Source of the DNA: an uncultured Porphyromonadaceae bacterium
GTDB lineage: Bacteria > Bacteroidota > Bacteroidia > Bacteroidales > UBA11471
Reading direction: 5' to 3'
DNA: 64,000 nucleotides
NCBI GenBank assembly: GCA_900547555.1
Contig: URHG01000009.1
Span: forward strand, 3,060-67,059
The position numbers and the translations under genes are program-made. Every line of letters begins with the position of its first letter. Within the stretch, counting starts at the first letter, position 1. Shown in pieces: positions 17,735 to 26,910 of the stretch. The notes under the pieces were generated by a model that searched no databases, was not told where the DNA came from, and was given only the letters and a program-made list of their open reading frames with translations.

Positions 17735-18640
17735 ATGGAGAAGAAAAACAGGAGAGGCCGTCGCGGGCCCGATAAGATACAAGTATTTAAAGTGCAAAAG
17801 GACATGCCTTTGTTTGAATTTTTGTTGGAAACATTTGCCGATAGAAGTAAAACAACGGTTAAGTCGTATCTTGCCCATCGTCAGATTGCGGTGAATAATA
17901 CCCCGACGACGAAATTCGATACACCGTTGCATGCGGGAGATGAAGTAACGGTCAATTTTACGAGAGGGTATAAGGAGTTCCGCCACCCTCGTCTGCGCAT
18001 TGTGTACGAAGACGAATTTCTCATCGTCGTAGATAAGGGATACGGATTGCTCTCCATGTCGACCGATCGTATCAAGGCCAATACGGCCTACCATATACTC
18101 AGTGATTATGTGCGTAGGGATAACCCTGCGAATCGTATTTTTATCCTGCATCGTCTTGATAGAGATACCTCGGGGCTGATGATGTTTGCCAAAAGTCAGG
18201 GTATACAGGAAAAAATGCAGCGTTCGTGGAACGATATGGTTCTCGATCGTCGGTATGTTGCAGTGGTCGAAGGCGAGCCTTCTCCGTCGAAAGGGGAGGT
18301 GGCTTCGTATCTGAAAGAAAATTCGGCTTTTCATGTCTATTCGACCGATGACAAGGAGAACGGACAGTATGCCCTCACGAGATATGAAGTTTTGGCTACT
18401 AACGGCCGTTATTCGTTGGTGGAGTTGCAGTTGGCGACCGGTCGTAAGAATCAGATACGTGTGCACATGCAGGACCTCGGACATAGTATTGCCGGAGACC
18501 GTAAATACGGGGCTGCAAGCAATCCATTAGGGCGCTTGTCTTTGCATGCCAGCCGGTTGCGTTTTGTGCACCCCGTTACCCGTCGCGATATGCTGTTTGA
18601 AACTCCGATTCCGGCCGGATTCCAACGTGTTGTGCGGTAA
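17735..18640 (+). CDS. RluA-family pseudouridine synthase with S4-like N-terminus
   Basis: 301 aa from the ATG at 17735 (the ORF opens with GTG at 17726). Catalytic motif HRLDRDTSGLMMFAK. The C-terminal KNQIRVH is typical of the RluA/RluD family. Confidence 0.9.
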   Translation: MEKKNRRGRRGPDKIQVFKVQKDMPLFEFLLETFADRSKTTVKSYLAHRQIAVNNTPTTKFDTPLHAGDEVTVNFTRGYKEFRHPRLRIVYEDEFLIVVDKGYGLLSMSTDRIKANTAYHILSDYVRRDNPANRIFILHRLDRDTSGLMMFAKSQGIQEKMQRSWNDMVLDRRYVAVVEGEPSPSKGEVASYLKENSAFHVYSTDDKENGQYALTRYEVLATNGRYSLVELQLATGRKNQIRVHMQDLGHSIAGDRKYGAASNPLGRLSLHASRLRFVHPVTRRDMLFETPIPAGFQRVVR

Positions 18641-18679
18641 AAAGGCGATAAAAACACTCCGGGAAATAAATAATCTTAT

Positions 18680-18687
18680 TATCTTTG
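18680..18687 (+). promoter_or_regulatory. -7 promoter box for pheT
   Basis: TAtcTTTG, 138 nt upstream of the pheT ATG. Confidence 0.4.
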
Positions 18688-18824
18688 CATGCCTGAATCA
18701 AGGTCGGGTAAACCCATGTTGTCGAAGCATGAGTGCGATCCTTTTCTCGAAAGGTCAAAGCGAAATAAACTGGACGGTTTTACCGATTCGTATATTTAGT
18801 AAAAAGTGAAATAAATCATAAGTT

Positions 18825-21287
18825 ATGAATATCTCTTATAATTGGTTGAAAGATTATCTCGACTTTTCGTTGACACCCGAAGAAGTCTCCTCGGCTCTTA
18901 CTTCCATAGGTCTTGAAACCGGAGGAATAGAAGAAGTGCAAGCCGTGAAAGGAGGCCTCGAAGGGCTGGTTATAGGAAAAGTCCTTACGTGTGAGGCTCA
19001 CCCCAATTCCGACCATTTGCATATTACGACTGTGGATTTGGGAGACGGTGTTCCCACACAGATCGTTTGCGGCGCACCCAATGTCGCTGCCGGTCAGCAT
19101 GTCGTGGTAGCGACTATCGGAACGGTCCTTTATGCAGGCGAAGAAAGCTTTACAATCAAGAAATCGAAAATACGCGGAGTCGAAAGCAACGGTATGATAT
19201 GTGCCGAAGATGAAATCGGAATCGGTACATCGCACGATGGTATCATTGTATTGCCCGAAAGTGCCGTACCCGGGACTCCGGCGAAGAAATATTATAACCT
19301 CGAAAGCGATTATGTGTTGGAGGTCGATATTACTCCCAATCGTATCGATGCGGCTTCACATTACGGTGTAGCCCGCGATTTGGCCGCATGGCTCAAACAA
19401 AACGGTTATCCCTATGCTTTGAGACGTCCGTCGGTCGATAATTTTAAAATCGACGATCCATCGGGAAAAGCCGTTTCGGTAACCGTCGAGAATGGCGATG
19501 CGTGTCCTCGGTACAGCGGTCTGACGATACGTAACGTGAAAGTGGCCGAGAGTCCCGAGTGGCTGCGTAAACATTTGTTGGCTATCGGTTTGCGCCCCAT
19601 CAATAATATCGTGGATATAACCAACTATTTGCTGCATGAGACGGGACAACCGATGCACTGTTTCGATGTGGCACAGATTGCCGGTGAGAAAATCATCGTG
19701 AAGACCTTGCCCGAAGGTACGCCGTTTACGACGCTCGACGAGGTGGAACGTAAACTTTCCGACAAAGATCTGATGATTTGCAATGAACGTGAAGGTATGT
19801 GTATTGCCGGCGTATTCGGCGGTTTGCAATCGGGGGTTACGATGCAGACGACCGATGTCTTTCTCGAGTCGGCCTATTTCAATCCCATGTGGGTGCGTAA
19901 GACGGCACGTCGTCATGGCTTGAATACCGACTCGTCGTTCCGTTTCGAGCGGGGGGCCGATCCCAATAATACGTTGTATGTACTCAAACGTGCCGCTATG
20001 TTGGTGAAAGAATTGGCCGGCGGTGAGATTGTCGGCGATATTGTCGATGTCTATCCTCAGCCCATCAGCAATTATCCGGTAACCCTCGGTTATGACCATA
20101 TCAATGCGTTGGTGGGAAAAGAAATTCCCGAAGATACGGTCAAGAGTATTCTTGCATCGCTCGAAATGGAGATCGTTGAAGAAAAAGACGGCGTATTGTC
20201 GTTGATGGTTCCGACCTATCGGGTTGATGTGCGCCGGGACGTCGATGTGATCGAAGATATTTTGCGTATTTACGGTTATAATAATGTCGAATTTACCGAT
20301 ACAGTACATTCCAATCTCTCCTATAAGACAGCTACCGATAACAGTTTCGGGCTTCAGAATCTGATTGCCGAGCAGCTCGTCGGTTGTGGGTTCAACGAAA
20401 TTATGAATAACTCGTTGACTAAATCATCGTACTACACCGATCTGAACGTTTATCCCGAATCTCATTGCGTGAAATTGATGAATCCGTTGAGTGCCGACCT
20501 CAGTGTCATGCGCCAGACCCTTCTCTTCGGCGGATTGGAGAGTGTCGCCCACAATATCAATCGTCGTCGTCCCGACTTACATTTGTTCGAGTTCGGAAAC
20601 TGTTATTCGTTCGATCCCGAGGCCGATGCGTCTCAGAAAGTTTTGAATCCTTATCGCGAATCGATGCATCTTGGGTTGTGGATTACCGGAAATCGTGTGT
20701 CGGGAAATTGGGCACATGCCGATGAGAAAACGAACGTGTTCGAACTCAAAGCCTATGTAGAAAACATTTTTACCCGTTTAGGGGTAGAGAGCGGACGTAT
20801 CGTAATGACGCAGACGGCCGATGAACTTTTCTCGGCAGCTTTGGATATAGCGACTCGCGATGGGAAAGAACTCGGACGAGTGGGTATCGTATCGGGCAAG
20901 ATCCTGAGAAAATTCGGTATCGATGTCGAAGTATGTTTCGCCGATTTGCATTGGACGTTGCTTATGCGATTGATGGGAAAGAAAGTTACATTTACCGATA
21001 TTCCCAAATACCCTTCCGTAAAACGCGACTTGGCCTTGTTGCTCGATAAGAAAATCACGTTTGCCGAAGTCGAGAAAGTAGCTCTCGAATCGGAGAAAAA
21101 ACTGATTAGAGAAGTAACGCTTTTCGATGTGTATGAAGGAAAGAATCTGCCCGAAGGCAAGAAGTCGTATGCCATATCCTTGTTGTTGCAAGACGAGACC
21201 AAGACTCTCAACGATAAGCAGATCGAGCATATCATGAGTCGTGTCGTAGCAAATTTGCAGAATAAGTTGGGTGCATCATTGAGATAA
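18825..21287 (+). CDS. pheT: phenylalanine--tRNA ligase beta subunit
   Basis: 820 aa. The N-terminal MNISYNWLKDYL signature, tRNA-binding domain, B3/4, B5 and FDX-ACB domains appear in the canonical order. Confidence 0.95.
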   Translation: MNISYNWLKDYLDFSLTPEEVSSALTSIGLETGGIEEVQAVKGGLEGLVIGKVLTCEAHPNSDHLHITTVDLGDGVPTQIVCGAPNVAAGQHVVVATIGTVLYAGEESFTIKKSKIRGVESNGMICAEDEIGIGTSHDGIIVLPESAVPGTPAKKYYNLESDYVLEVDITPNRIDAASHYGVARDLAAWLKQNGYPYALRRPSVDNFKIDDPSGKAVSVTVENGDACPRYSGLTIRNVKVAESPEWLRKHLLAIGLRPINNIVDITNYLLHETGQPMHCFDVAQIAGEKIIVKTLPEGTPFTTLDEVERKLSDKDLMICNEREGMCIAGVFGGLQSGVTMQTTDVFLESAYFNPMWVRKTARRHGLNTDSSFRFERGADPNNTLYVLKRAAMLVKELAGGEIVGDIVDVYPQPISNYPVTLGYDHINALVGKEIPEDTVKSILASLEMEIVEEKDGVLSLMVPTYRVDVRRDVDVIEDILRIYGYNNVEFTDTVHSNLSYKTATDNSFGLQNLIAEQLVGCGFNEIMNNSLTKSSYYTDLNVYPESHCVKLMNPLSADLSVMRQTLLFGGLESVAHNINRRRPDLHLFEFGNCYSFDPEADASQKVLNPYRESMHLGLWITGNRVSGNWAHADEKTNVFELKAYVENIFTRLGVESGRIVMTQTADELFSAALDIATRDGKELGRVGIVSGKILRKFGIDVEVCFADLHWTLLMRLMGKKVTFTDIPKYPSVKRDLALLLDKKITFAEVEKVALESEKKLIREVTLFDVYEGKNLPEGKKSYAISLLLQDETKTLNDKQIEHIMSRVVANLQNKLGASLR

Positions 21288-21322
21288 ATTCATTTACAAT
21301 AAAATAAAAAGAAAATACCAAT

Positions 21323-22048
21323 ATGGGAAGAGCATTTGAATACCGAAAAGCCCGCAAACTCAAACGTTGGGGCAACATGGCACGTACCTTTACCAAACTC
21401 GGAAAAGAAATTTCTATTGCAGTAAAAGCCAGTGGTCCCGATCCCGATGCCAATCCTCGTTTGCGTGTGCTTATGCAGAATGCCAAGGCAGCCAATATGC
21501 CCAAAGAAAATGTCGAACGTGCAATCAAGAAAGCAACCTCGAAAGATGAGGGCGATTATAAAGAAGTCCTTTTCGAGGGATATGGCCCTTACGGTATCGC
21601 CATTGTTGTAGAAACGGCGACGGATAATAACAATCGTACCGTAGCCAATGTCCGTAGTTATTTCAATAAATTCGGAGGATCGCTCGGGACGTCGGGAAGC
21701 CTTTCTTTCCTTTTTGAACATAAGAGCGTGTTCCATGTCAAACCCAAAGACGGTGTGTCTCTCGAAGATCTCGAACTTGAATTGATCGATTTCGGTGTCG
21801 ACGAGGTCGATGCCGATGAAGAAGAAATCGTAATCTACGGAGAGTTCGAGTCGTTCAATGCCATACAGAAATATCTCGAAGACAATGGCTTTGAAATTGC
21901 CAGTGCCGAGTTCGAACGCATACCTAACGACACGAAAGAGGTTACCGACGAACAACGAGCTCAAATCGAAAAGCTTATCGAACGTATTGAGGAAGACGAA
22001 GATGTACAGAATGTATTCCACAATATGAAGGAAAGCGAAGAGGAGTAA
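21323..22048 (+). CDS. YebC/PmpR-family DNA-binding regulator
   Basis: 241 aa. The N-terminal MGRAFEYRKARKLKRWGNMARTFTKLGKEI is diagnostic of the family. Confidence 0.92.
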   Translation: MGRAFEYRKARKLKRWGNMARTFTKLGKEISIAVKASGPDPDANPRLRVLMQNAKAANMPKENVERAIKKATSKDEGDYKEVLFEGYGPYGIAIVVETATDNNNRTVANVRSYFNKFGGSLGTSGSLSFLFEHKSVFHVKPKDGVSLEDLELELIDFGVDEVDADEEEIVIYGEFESFNAIQKYLEDNGFEIASAEFERIPNDTKEVTDEQRAQIEKLIERIEEDEDVQNVFHNMKESEEE

Positions 22049-22080
22049 AATTGCCGTTTCTCGAAAACTTGATATTTGTG

Positions 22081-22118
22081 CGACCGGCAAACTTAAATTG
22101 CCGGTCGTTTTTCTTTTA
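22081..22118 (+). terminator. rho-independent terminator after the YebC-family gene
   Basis: CGACCGGCAA pairs with TTGCCGGTCG around a 7-nt loop, followed by TTTTTCTTTT. Confidence 0.8.
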
Positions 22119-22143
22119 TATTTAGAAAAAGGAGGAGGTGCGT

Positions 22144-22590
22144 ATGAGACGTTTTCTTATAGGATTATGTATGGTAGGCATCGTGTCTTCTTGTCAAAGG
22201 ATTGACAACGAAGCTGTGTGGGGTGCCTTATATGCACAAGAGACCGATACCTCGTTAGTGAAAAAATATGTGGGTGAAAATCGTTTTATCGATGTAGATA
22301 TGTATGCAGTGGCCCGTACGGTATGGGAGGGAGAGAAAGTCGATGCCGATGTTATGGCTCAGGTCAAGGTCGCGCTTTACCGCTATTTTTCTCATGTGCG
22401 TATCGAGCGGGACAAATATGTGTGCGATTTGACATCGGGAAAAGAAATCTCCGTTTCATCTCGGGTATTTACCGCTTTGCAGGAGAATTTGGAAGAAATG
22501 AACGTCGGTGTGGCGGAGATGCGCAAACGCGATACGGAATTGGTGCTCCCTGCGGTGAACGAGGCTTACCTTCGCTCTTTGTTACAATAA
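22144..22590 (+). CDS. hypothetical lipoprotein
   Basis: 148 aa from the ATG at 22144 (GTG at 22138 is possible). Signal peptide plus lipobox IVSSC. No recognisable family. Confidence 0.6.
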   Translation: MRRFLIGLCMVGIVSSCQRIDNEAVWGALYAQETDTSLVKKYVGENRFIDVDMYAVARTVWEGEKVDADVMAQVKVALYRYFSHVRIERDKYVCDLTSGKEISVSSRVFTALQENLEEMNVGVAEMRKRDTELVLPAVNEAYLRSLLQ

Positions 22591-22591
22591 A

Positions 22592-22620
22592 AAAAGGCAT
22601 CTGTAAAAACAGATGCCTTT
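22592..22620. terminator. bidirectional hairpin terminator
   Basis: GGCATCTGT pairs with ACAGATGCC around a 4-nt A loop, with A5 upstream and TTT downstream. It lies between convergent genes. Confidence 0.75.
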
Positions 22621-22624
22621 ACGC

Positions 22625-23470
22625 TTATTCTTTCTCGAATCGGGCGGCGACCCAATTGTTTTTTTCCAAATGCTTTTTGTAATGCAGACCGTACTGCTCG
22701 GCGCACTCTTGCAAAATCGGTAGGTCTTGAATATAAAATCCGCTCATATAGATTGTGCTGCCTGCGTGCATGACCGATGCGTATGCCTGCATGTTGTCGA
22801 GATGTATATTTCGGTTGATGTTGGCGAGAATGGTATCGAATGAGAGACCCGTATGAAGCAGATGTTTATCTCCCAACAACACCTCGATACGGTCGGTTCC
22901 ATTGAGGCGTATGTTTTCTTTTGCATTTTCGTAAGCCCATTCGTCTATGTCGATTGCCGTAACATGTTCGGCATTGCGCATACGGGCGAGTATGGCGAGA
23001 ATCGCAGTCCCGCAACCCATATCGAGGACATTCTCTCCCTCGAAATCATGTCTCAATATCCATTCGAGCATGAGCGATGTCGTTTCATGATGGCCTGTCC
23101 CGAATGCCATTTTGGGATCGATGACTATTTTGTAACGGACGTCGGGTATATCGGTATGGAATGTACTGTGTATTACGCATTCGTTATCGACTACGATAGG
23201 TTGGAAGTAGTGTTTTTCCCATTCTTCGTTCCAGTTTTGGTCGGCAAAATGTTTACAAGTCCAGTCGACTTTTGCGTCAATGGGCAGGTTGTCGATAATT
23301 TGTCGCAGAGCCGATTCGGAATATTTATTTTCGGGAATATAGGCACAGACACCTGTTGCATCGGGTACAAAACTGTCATATCCGGCCTCGGCCAGCAAAG
23401 CGGCGATGACGTCGGTAACCAATGATACGTCATCGGCTTTGACATTGAGTCGGATTTCGGTATATTTCAT
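22625..23470 (-). CDS. prmA: ribosomal protein L11 methyltransferase
   Basis: The ORF reaches 23500, but the ATG at 23470 (MKYTEIRL) avoids a 20-nt overlap with the upstream gene and fits the usual PrmA N-terminus. Motifs GTGHHETTSLMLEW and the SAM-binding VLDMGCGTAILAILA. Confidence 0.9.
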   Translation of the reverse strand: MKYTEIRLNVKADDVSLVTDVIAALLAEAGYDSFVPDATGVCAYIPENKYSESALRQIIDNLPIDAKVDWTCKHFADQNWNEEWEKHYFQPIVVDNECVIHSTFHTDIPDVRYKIVIDPKMAFGTGHHETTSLMLEWILRHDFEGENVLDMGCGTAILAILARMRNAEHVTAIDIDEWAYENAKENIRLNGTDRIEVLLGDKHLLHTGLSFDTILANINRNIHLDNMQAYASVMHAGSTIYMSGFYIQDLPILQECAEQYGLHYKKHLEKNNWVAARFEKE

Positions 23471-23480
23471 AAAATCGATA

Positions 23481-24224
23481 TTAAGATTTTCCGAGTTCAT
23501 TCAGAATTCGGGGGTACAAGACATTTTTGAGGTGAGGATATTCCGGATAGAGTTCCATCGCCTTACTGAAATATTCATGAGCTTTCTCGTAGTTTCCGTC
23601 TTTCTCTTCGACCAGTCCGAGAGTTATGATAAGTTGCAGATACATCCAGTTGTTGGTACGTAGGGCCTCGTTTCCCTCGTATAACTGCAATGCTTTTCGG
23701 TAATAATTCCTCGATAATTGGGTATCTCCGCCGAAAACATTAGGCATGTAAAACAAGATATTCGCACTCCAAATATTTACATCGGGATCATCGGGAGATA
23801 TTTTTTCGGCTTTATTGGCGCGTTGCAGCATACTGTGCGCCAAAGTTGTCGCTTTGAGGGGGGAGAGGGCGATTTGGAATCCCTGAAAATTGGCCATAAG
23901 ACCTGACAACCGACCGTTTTCGGGATTTTCGTCGACCAGAGGTTTGATGATGGACAGGGCGTTGTCGAGAACTTTACGGGCGTGTTTCTTCTCTTTGAGG
24001 TCGATGAGGTGTCCCACAAGTCCGTAATAGTATGAGAGCAGTTCTTCTTTATCTTCGAGAGATTGGCAGGCCGGGTCGTTTTTCATTGTATCGATGACAC
24101 TTTCCCATTGCAGGATATTTCCTGTAACGAACAAGTCGAAAGTTTTCTTTCTGTACGGGCTTTCTGCCCATATCGAGCCGATGAACAGGCAGGATAGAAG
24201 AATAAGTGTAAAAATTCTTTTCAT
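23481..24224 (-). CDS. hypothetical secreted helical (TPR-like) protein
   Basis: 247 aa with a signal peptide (MKRIFTLILLSCLFIGSIWA). All-helical repeat character, for example YYRKALQLYEGNEALRTNNWMYLQ and AHEYFSKAMELYPEY. Confidence 0.65.
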   Translation of the reverse strand: MKRIFTLILLSCLFIGSIWAESPYRKKTFDLFVTGNILQWESVIDTMKNDPACQSLEDKEELLSYYYGLVGHLIDLKEKKHARKVLDNALSIIKPLVDENPENGRLSGLMANFQGFQIALSPLKATTLAHSMLQRANKAEKISPDDPDVNIWSANILFYMPNVFGGDTQLSRNYYRKALQLYEGNEALRTNNWMYLQLIITLGLVEEKDGNYEKAHEYFSKAMELYPEYPHLKNVLYPRILNELGKS

Positions 24225-24314
24225 AAAAAGGTTTTTAGGAAAGGCGTATATATCCCTCCCAAGAAACGACTTGGGTAAATGATGTCAGGGTATGATCGCC
24301 GTTAATTTTGGAGA

Positions 24315-24322
24315 CAAAGATA
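24315..24322 (-). promoter_or_regulatory. -7 promoter box for the 23481-24224 gene
   Basis: TAtcTTTG on the minus strand, 91 nt upstream of the ATG at 24224. Confidence 0.4.
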
Positions 24323-24474
24323 CGATTTTTGTGCGGTTTTACGGTAGGAGTATATCGCTTTCCTTGTATAAAAAGATTTGTGATATGTCCGAAATTTCTT
24401 TTACATCGATGAAATAAAAATGTTTTTACGATTTTGAAGGGCATAGTCTCGAAGCACTCCTCTCTATGAAAATG

Positions 24475-25413
24475 TTACTCCGGGAATGCAAAAAGTTCGG
24501 TCGAGAGATACCGTTCTCCGGTATCGGGCAATAATACAACGATCAATTTTCCCTTGTTCTTTTCCCGGCAGGCCAAACGCAAGGCTGCACTTACGGCTGC
24601 CCCCGAAGAGATACCGGCCAGTACTCCGTCGCAAGCAACGAGTTCCCGTCCCATATGCAACGCATCTGTATCTGTTACACGTATCACTTCATCGACCAGT
24701 TTTTTACGGTAAATTTCCGGAACGAAACCGGCTCCGATTCCTTGTATTTTATGCGTTCCCGGCATTCCTCCCGAAAGGACCGGTGAAGAATCGGGTTCCA
24801 CTGCTACGGCCCATACGGTCGGTTTATGGCGTTTCAATCCCTCCGAAACACCCATTAATGTTCCTCCCGTACCTACTCCGGCGACAAAAATATCAACTTC
24901 ACCGTCGGTGTCCCGCCATATCTCTTCGGCCGTACTGTTTCTATGGATTTCCGGATTGGCGGCATTCTCAAATTGCCGTAGCATGATTGCTCCGGTTATC
25001 GATCCCAATAATTCTTCGGCTTTTGCTATGGCTCCCGACATGCCTTTACTTCCTTCCGTAAGCACCAATTCTGCTCCCATAGCCCGTAGTAGCCGTTGCC
25101 GTTCAAGGCTCATTGTTTCGGGCATGGTAAGAATCGTTTTGTATCCTTTTACTCGGGCTATCCAAGCTATACCGACTCCTGTATTTCCGCTTGTCGGTTC
25201 GACGATCGTTGCCCCGGGCGATAGTATGCCCCGCACCTCGGCATCTTCTATCATCGATAATGCCGTGCGGTCTTTTACGCTACCGCCGGGATTGAAAGAT
25301 TCCAGTTTGGCGGCGATTCGGGCGTAAGCTCCATATTTTTGAGAAATACCTGTCAATTCGAGTAGTGGCGTATTTCCTATAAGGTCGGTCAGTTGTTTAG
25401 CAATACGGCTCAT
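24475..25413 (-). CDS. cysK: cysteine synthase A (O-acetylserine sulfhydrylase)
   Basis: 312 aa. N-terminal [13 protein letters not shown]-lysine motif GGSVKDR, and the GTGGT loop ([11 protein letters not shown]). Confidence 0.93.
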   Translation of the reverse strand: MSRIAKQLTDLIGNTPLLELTGISQKYGAYARIAAKLESFNPGGSVKDRTALSMIEDAEVRGILSPGATIVEPTSGNTGVGIAWIARVKGYKTILTMPETMSLERQRLLRAMGAELVLTEGSKGMSGAIAKAEELLGSITGAIMLRQFENAANPEIHRNSTAEEIWRDTDGEVDIFVAGVGTGGTLMGVSEGLKRHKPTVWAVAVEPDSSPVLSGGMPGTHKIQGIGAGFVPEIYRKKLVDEVIRVTDTDALHMGRELVACDGVLAGISSGAAVSAALRLACREKNKGKLIVVLLPDTGERYLSTELFAFPE

Positions 25414-25436
25414 GATTCGTGTTTTTTTGATATATA

Positions 25437-25444
25437 CAAAAATA
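25437..25444 (-). promoter_or_regulatory. -7 promoter box for cysK
   Basis: TAttTTTG on the minus strand, 24 nt upstream of the cysK ATG. Confidence 0.45.
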
Positions 25445-25546
25445 GAAAATTATATGTCATTCAGCCCGTTTTTATCTCAAAAACCGTATATGGAGAATTA
25501 CTTTATTGGAAACGCTTTGCTCGGGTTCTCGTCGTACTCCTTTTGT

Positions 25547-25945
25547 CTGTCATTCCGAATGAATATGAGGAACCACCGGCAAGAGGTTTGTTTTTCCTTT
25601 GAGATTCTTCACTTCGTTCAGAATGACATACGTTGTGTGGGAAAGTACTTCCTCTTTCACGGTCGTTGGAATGACAGTGTTTTTGAGAACAGCAGCCCCT
25701 TGTCATTCCGAACTGAGGCGGGTAGGCCGAGTGTGAGGGATTTCCTGTTTTGCCCGAGTGTCATTCCGAACGCATGTGAGGAGTCTCTGATACGCCGTTT
25801 CTCATGGCGGGAGATTCTTCGGCGTTTTATACCTCAGAATGGTGTGCGCTCGGGAGGAGATTCTTCACTATACTTCGTTTCGTTCAGAATGACAGCTATG
25901 TTTTTCCGAACCGAAGTTGAAAGACGAGTGTGAGGAATCTCTGAC
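25547..25945. repeat. cluster of mosaic palindromic intergenic repeats (copy 1)
   Basis: At least seven units built on GTCATTCCGAA...TGAGGAATCTC and its inverse GAGATTCTTCAC...TTCAGAATGACA, in both orientations. Blocks are shared with 39665-40141 and, more loosely, with 54640-54935. Confidence 0.85.
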
Positions 25946-25960
25946 TTTGAAAGAGGTTGA

Positions 25961-26005
25961 AATAAAAACTGGGATATGTCCCGCAGACATATCCCAGTTT
26001 ATTTT
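25961..26005. terminator. hairpin terminator downstream of the 26023-26541 gene (bidirectional form)
   Basis: CTGGGATATGTC pairs with GACATATCCCAG around a 5-nt loop. It is flanked by AATAAAAA and TTTATTTT. Confidence 0.8.
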
Positions 26006-26022
26006 ATAATCTTGTTTAATGA

Positions 26023-26541
26023 TTATTTTTTCTGTGCGGAGATTTCGATGTTTACTGTTTGTTCTGCGGGAGTATCTTTAAAGGCAGATGCTTCGATAGA
26101 AAGTTGGGCAGCACCGGCTTTGGTAATATTTCCTGTCAGAGTGTTGATAATAACATCCATTCCTATGATATTTTTCTCCAAATCCATATTGATACCGTTC
26201 AATGTCAACTTTTCACTGTCGGCTGTACTGGGGACTCCGTCAACTTGGAGAACAAGTTCTCCCAATATTAAGATCGAGTCGTTGATAGAGAGAGAGGTGG
26301 CGTTGGCTTGTTGATTGATGGTAAAAGAAACTGGGCTTGAAGTAATATCTGGGTTAACGGCTTGAAAGAAATTTTCTCCATTTACGAGAATTTCGATATT
26401 GCCATCGTATTCTCCCGTAGCGTTTATGGGTGTTGTAATGCCATTGTTATTGTTGTTGTCATCATCTTCGTCATCGCCGCAGGCAACAAATGCGAGAGGC
26501 ATAGCCAAAAACATAAGCAAATAAAGCAAGTTCTTTTTCAT
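26023..26541 (-). CDS. hypothetical lipoprotein with acidic/Asn-rich linker (predicted surface-exposed)
   Basis: 172 aa. Lipobox LAFVAC followed by GDDEDDDNNNNNG. The remainder is beta-rich with no recognisable family. Confidence 0.7.
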   Translation of the reverse strand: MKKNLLYLLMFLAMPLAFVACGDDEDDDNNNNNGITTPINATGEYDGNIEILVNGENFFQAVNPDITSSPVSFTINQQANATSLSINDSILILGELVLQVDGVPSTADSEKLTLNGINMDLEKNIIGMDVIINTLTGNITKAGAAQLSIEASAFKDTPAEQTVNIEISAQKK

Positions 26542-26578
26542 AATTCTTTTTTTTGAGTTTTCTTTATAAATTTGAGGG

Positions 26579-26586
26579 CAAAGATA
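26579..26586 (-). promoter_or_regulatory. -7 promoter box for the 26023-26541 gene
   Basis: TAtcTTTG on the minus strand, 38 nt upstream of the ATG at 26541. Confidence 0.45.
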
Positions 26587-26667
26587 ATATATTCATTTGA
26601 AATACGGAAAACTTTCGGAGTATTTTTGCGTTTTCTGCGAGAATAGACCATTTAAGGACAAAAAGAT

Positions 26668-26910
26668 CTATTTCCGGAATAAACTGCGTACTTTTCTTAT
26701 CATTCGCAAACTGGTGATAGCCCCTTCGAATAGGGCGACACCTACCGAGAACCGTTTCAGCACCGAAAACGGCGAATTTCCCAGTCTGTAAAACGGGGCG
26801 AGTGTGTCCCAATACGTTTGGGAGAGTTCGCTGTGTTGTCTGGCTATCTTTGCCCGCACATCGGCCTTTTGCCGGGCCAATGATTTCATCGTTATTTTCG
26901 TATCGTTCAT
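26668..26910 (-). CDS. small hypothetical protein, last gene of the YtxH triad
   Basis: 80 aa. Its ATG overlaps the stop of the upstream gene (ATGA at 26907-26910). It has a basic helical N-terminus and a hydrophobic C-terminal segment. Confidence 0.6.
   Translation of the reverse strand: MNDTKITMKSLARQKADVRAKIARQHSELSQTYWDTLAPFYRLGNSPFSVLKRFSVGVALFEGAITSLRMIRKVRSLFRK

Noticed and set aside
17438-18484. Upstream 349-aa extension of the psd ORF (the full ORF is 16769-18484, 571 aa).
   Set aside because: The extension is antisense to the RluA-family gene and has no phosphatidylserine decarboxylase similarity. A promoter box sits 38 nt upstream of the internal ATG at 17437, and the 222-aa product is the normal size for Bacteroidota Psd.
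18641-18824. The ~138-nt pheT leader, considered as a T-box or attenuator riboswitch.
   Set aside because: Only a weak 5-bp hairpin (CCTTT/AAAGG) is visible. There is no specifier or T-box consensus and no terminator/antiterminator pair. T-box elements are not expected in Bacteroidota.
24235-24444. 69-aa basic ORF filling the cysK / TPR-like gene intergenic region.
   Set aside because: A TAtcTTTG promoter box for the downstream gene (24315-24322) lies inside it. It has no family resemblance and no promoter box of its own. It is most likely 5' UTR and promoter DNA.
25412-25933. 173-aa ORF across the first repeat cluster, with sibling ORFs at 39694-39918, 39929-40156 and 54770-55015.
   Set aside because: Their apparent conservation (SFRTEAGRPSV..FCPSVIPNACEESL) is explained at the DNA level by the palindromic repeat units, which occur in both orientations and in different frames. 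They have no promoter or start context, and the composition is typical of translated REP-like elements.
25547-25945. Possible CRISPR array, because short repeats recur in a non-coding stretch.
   Set aside because: The repeats are in both orientations, and they are imperfect and irregularly spaced (about 15-60 nt of variable filler). Some are nested into hairpins. No cas genes are present in the window.
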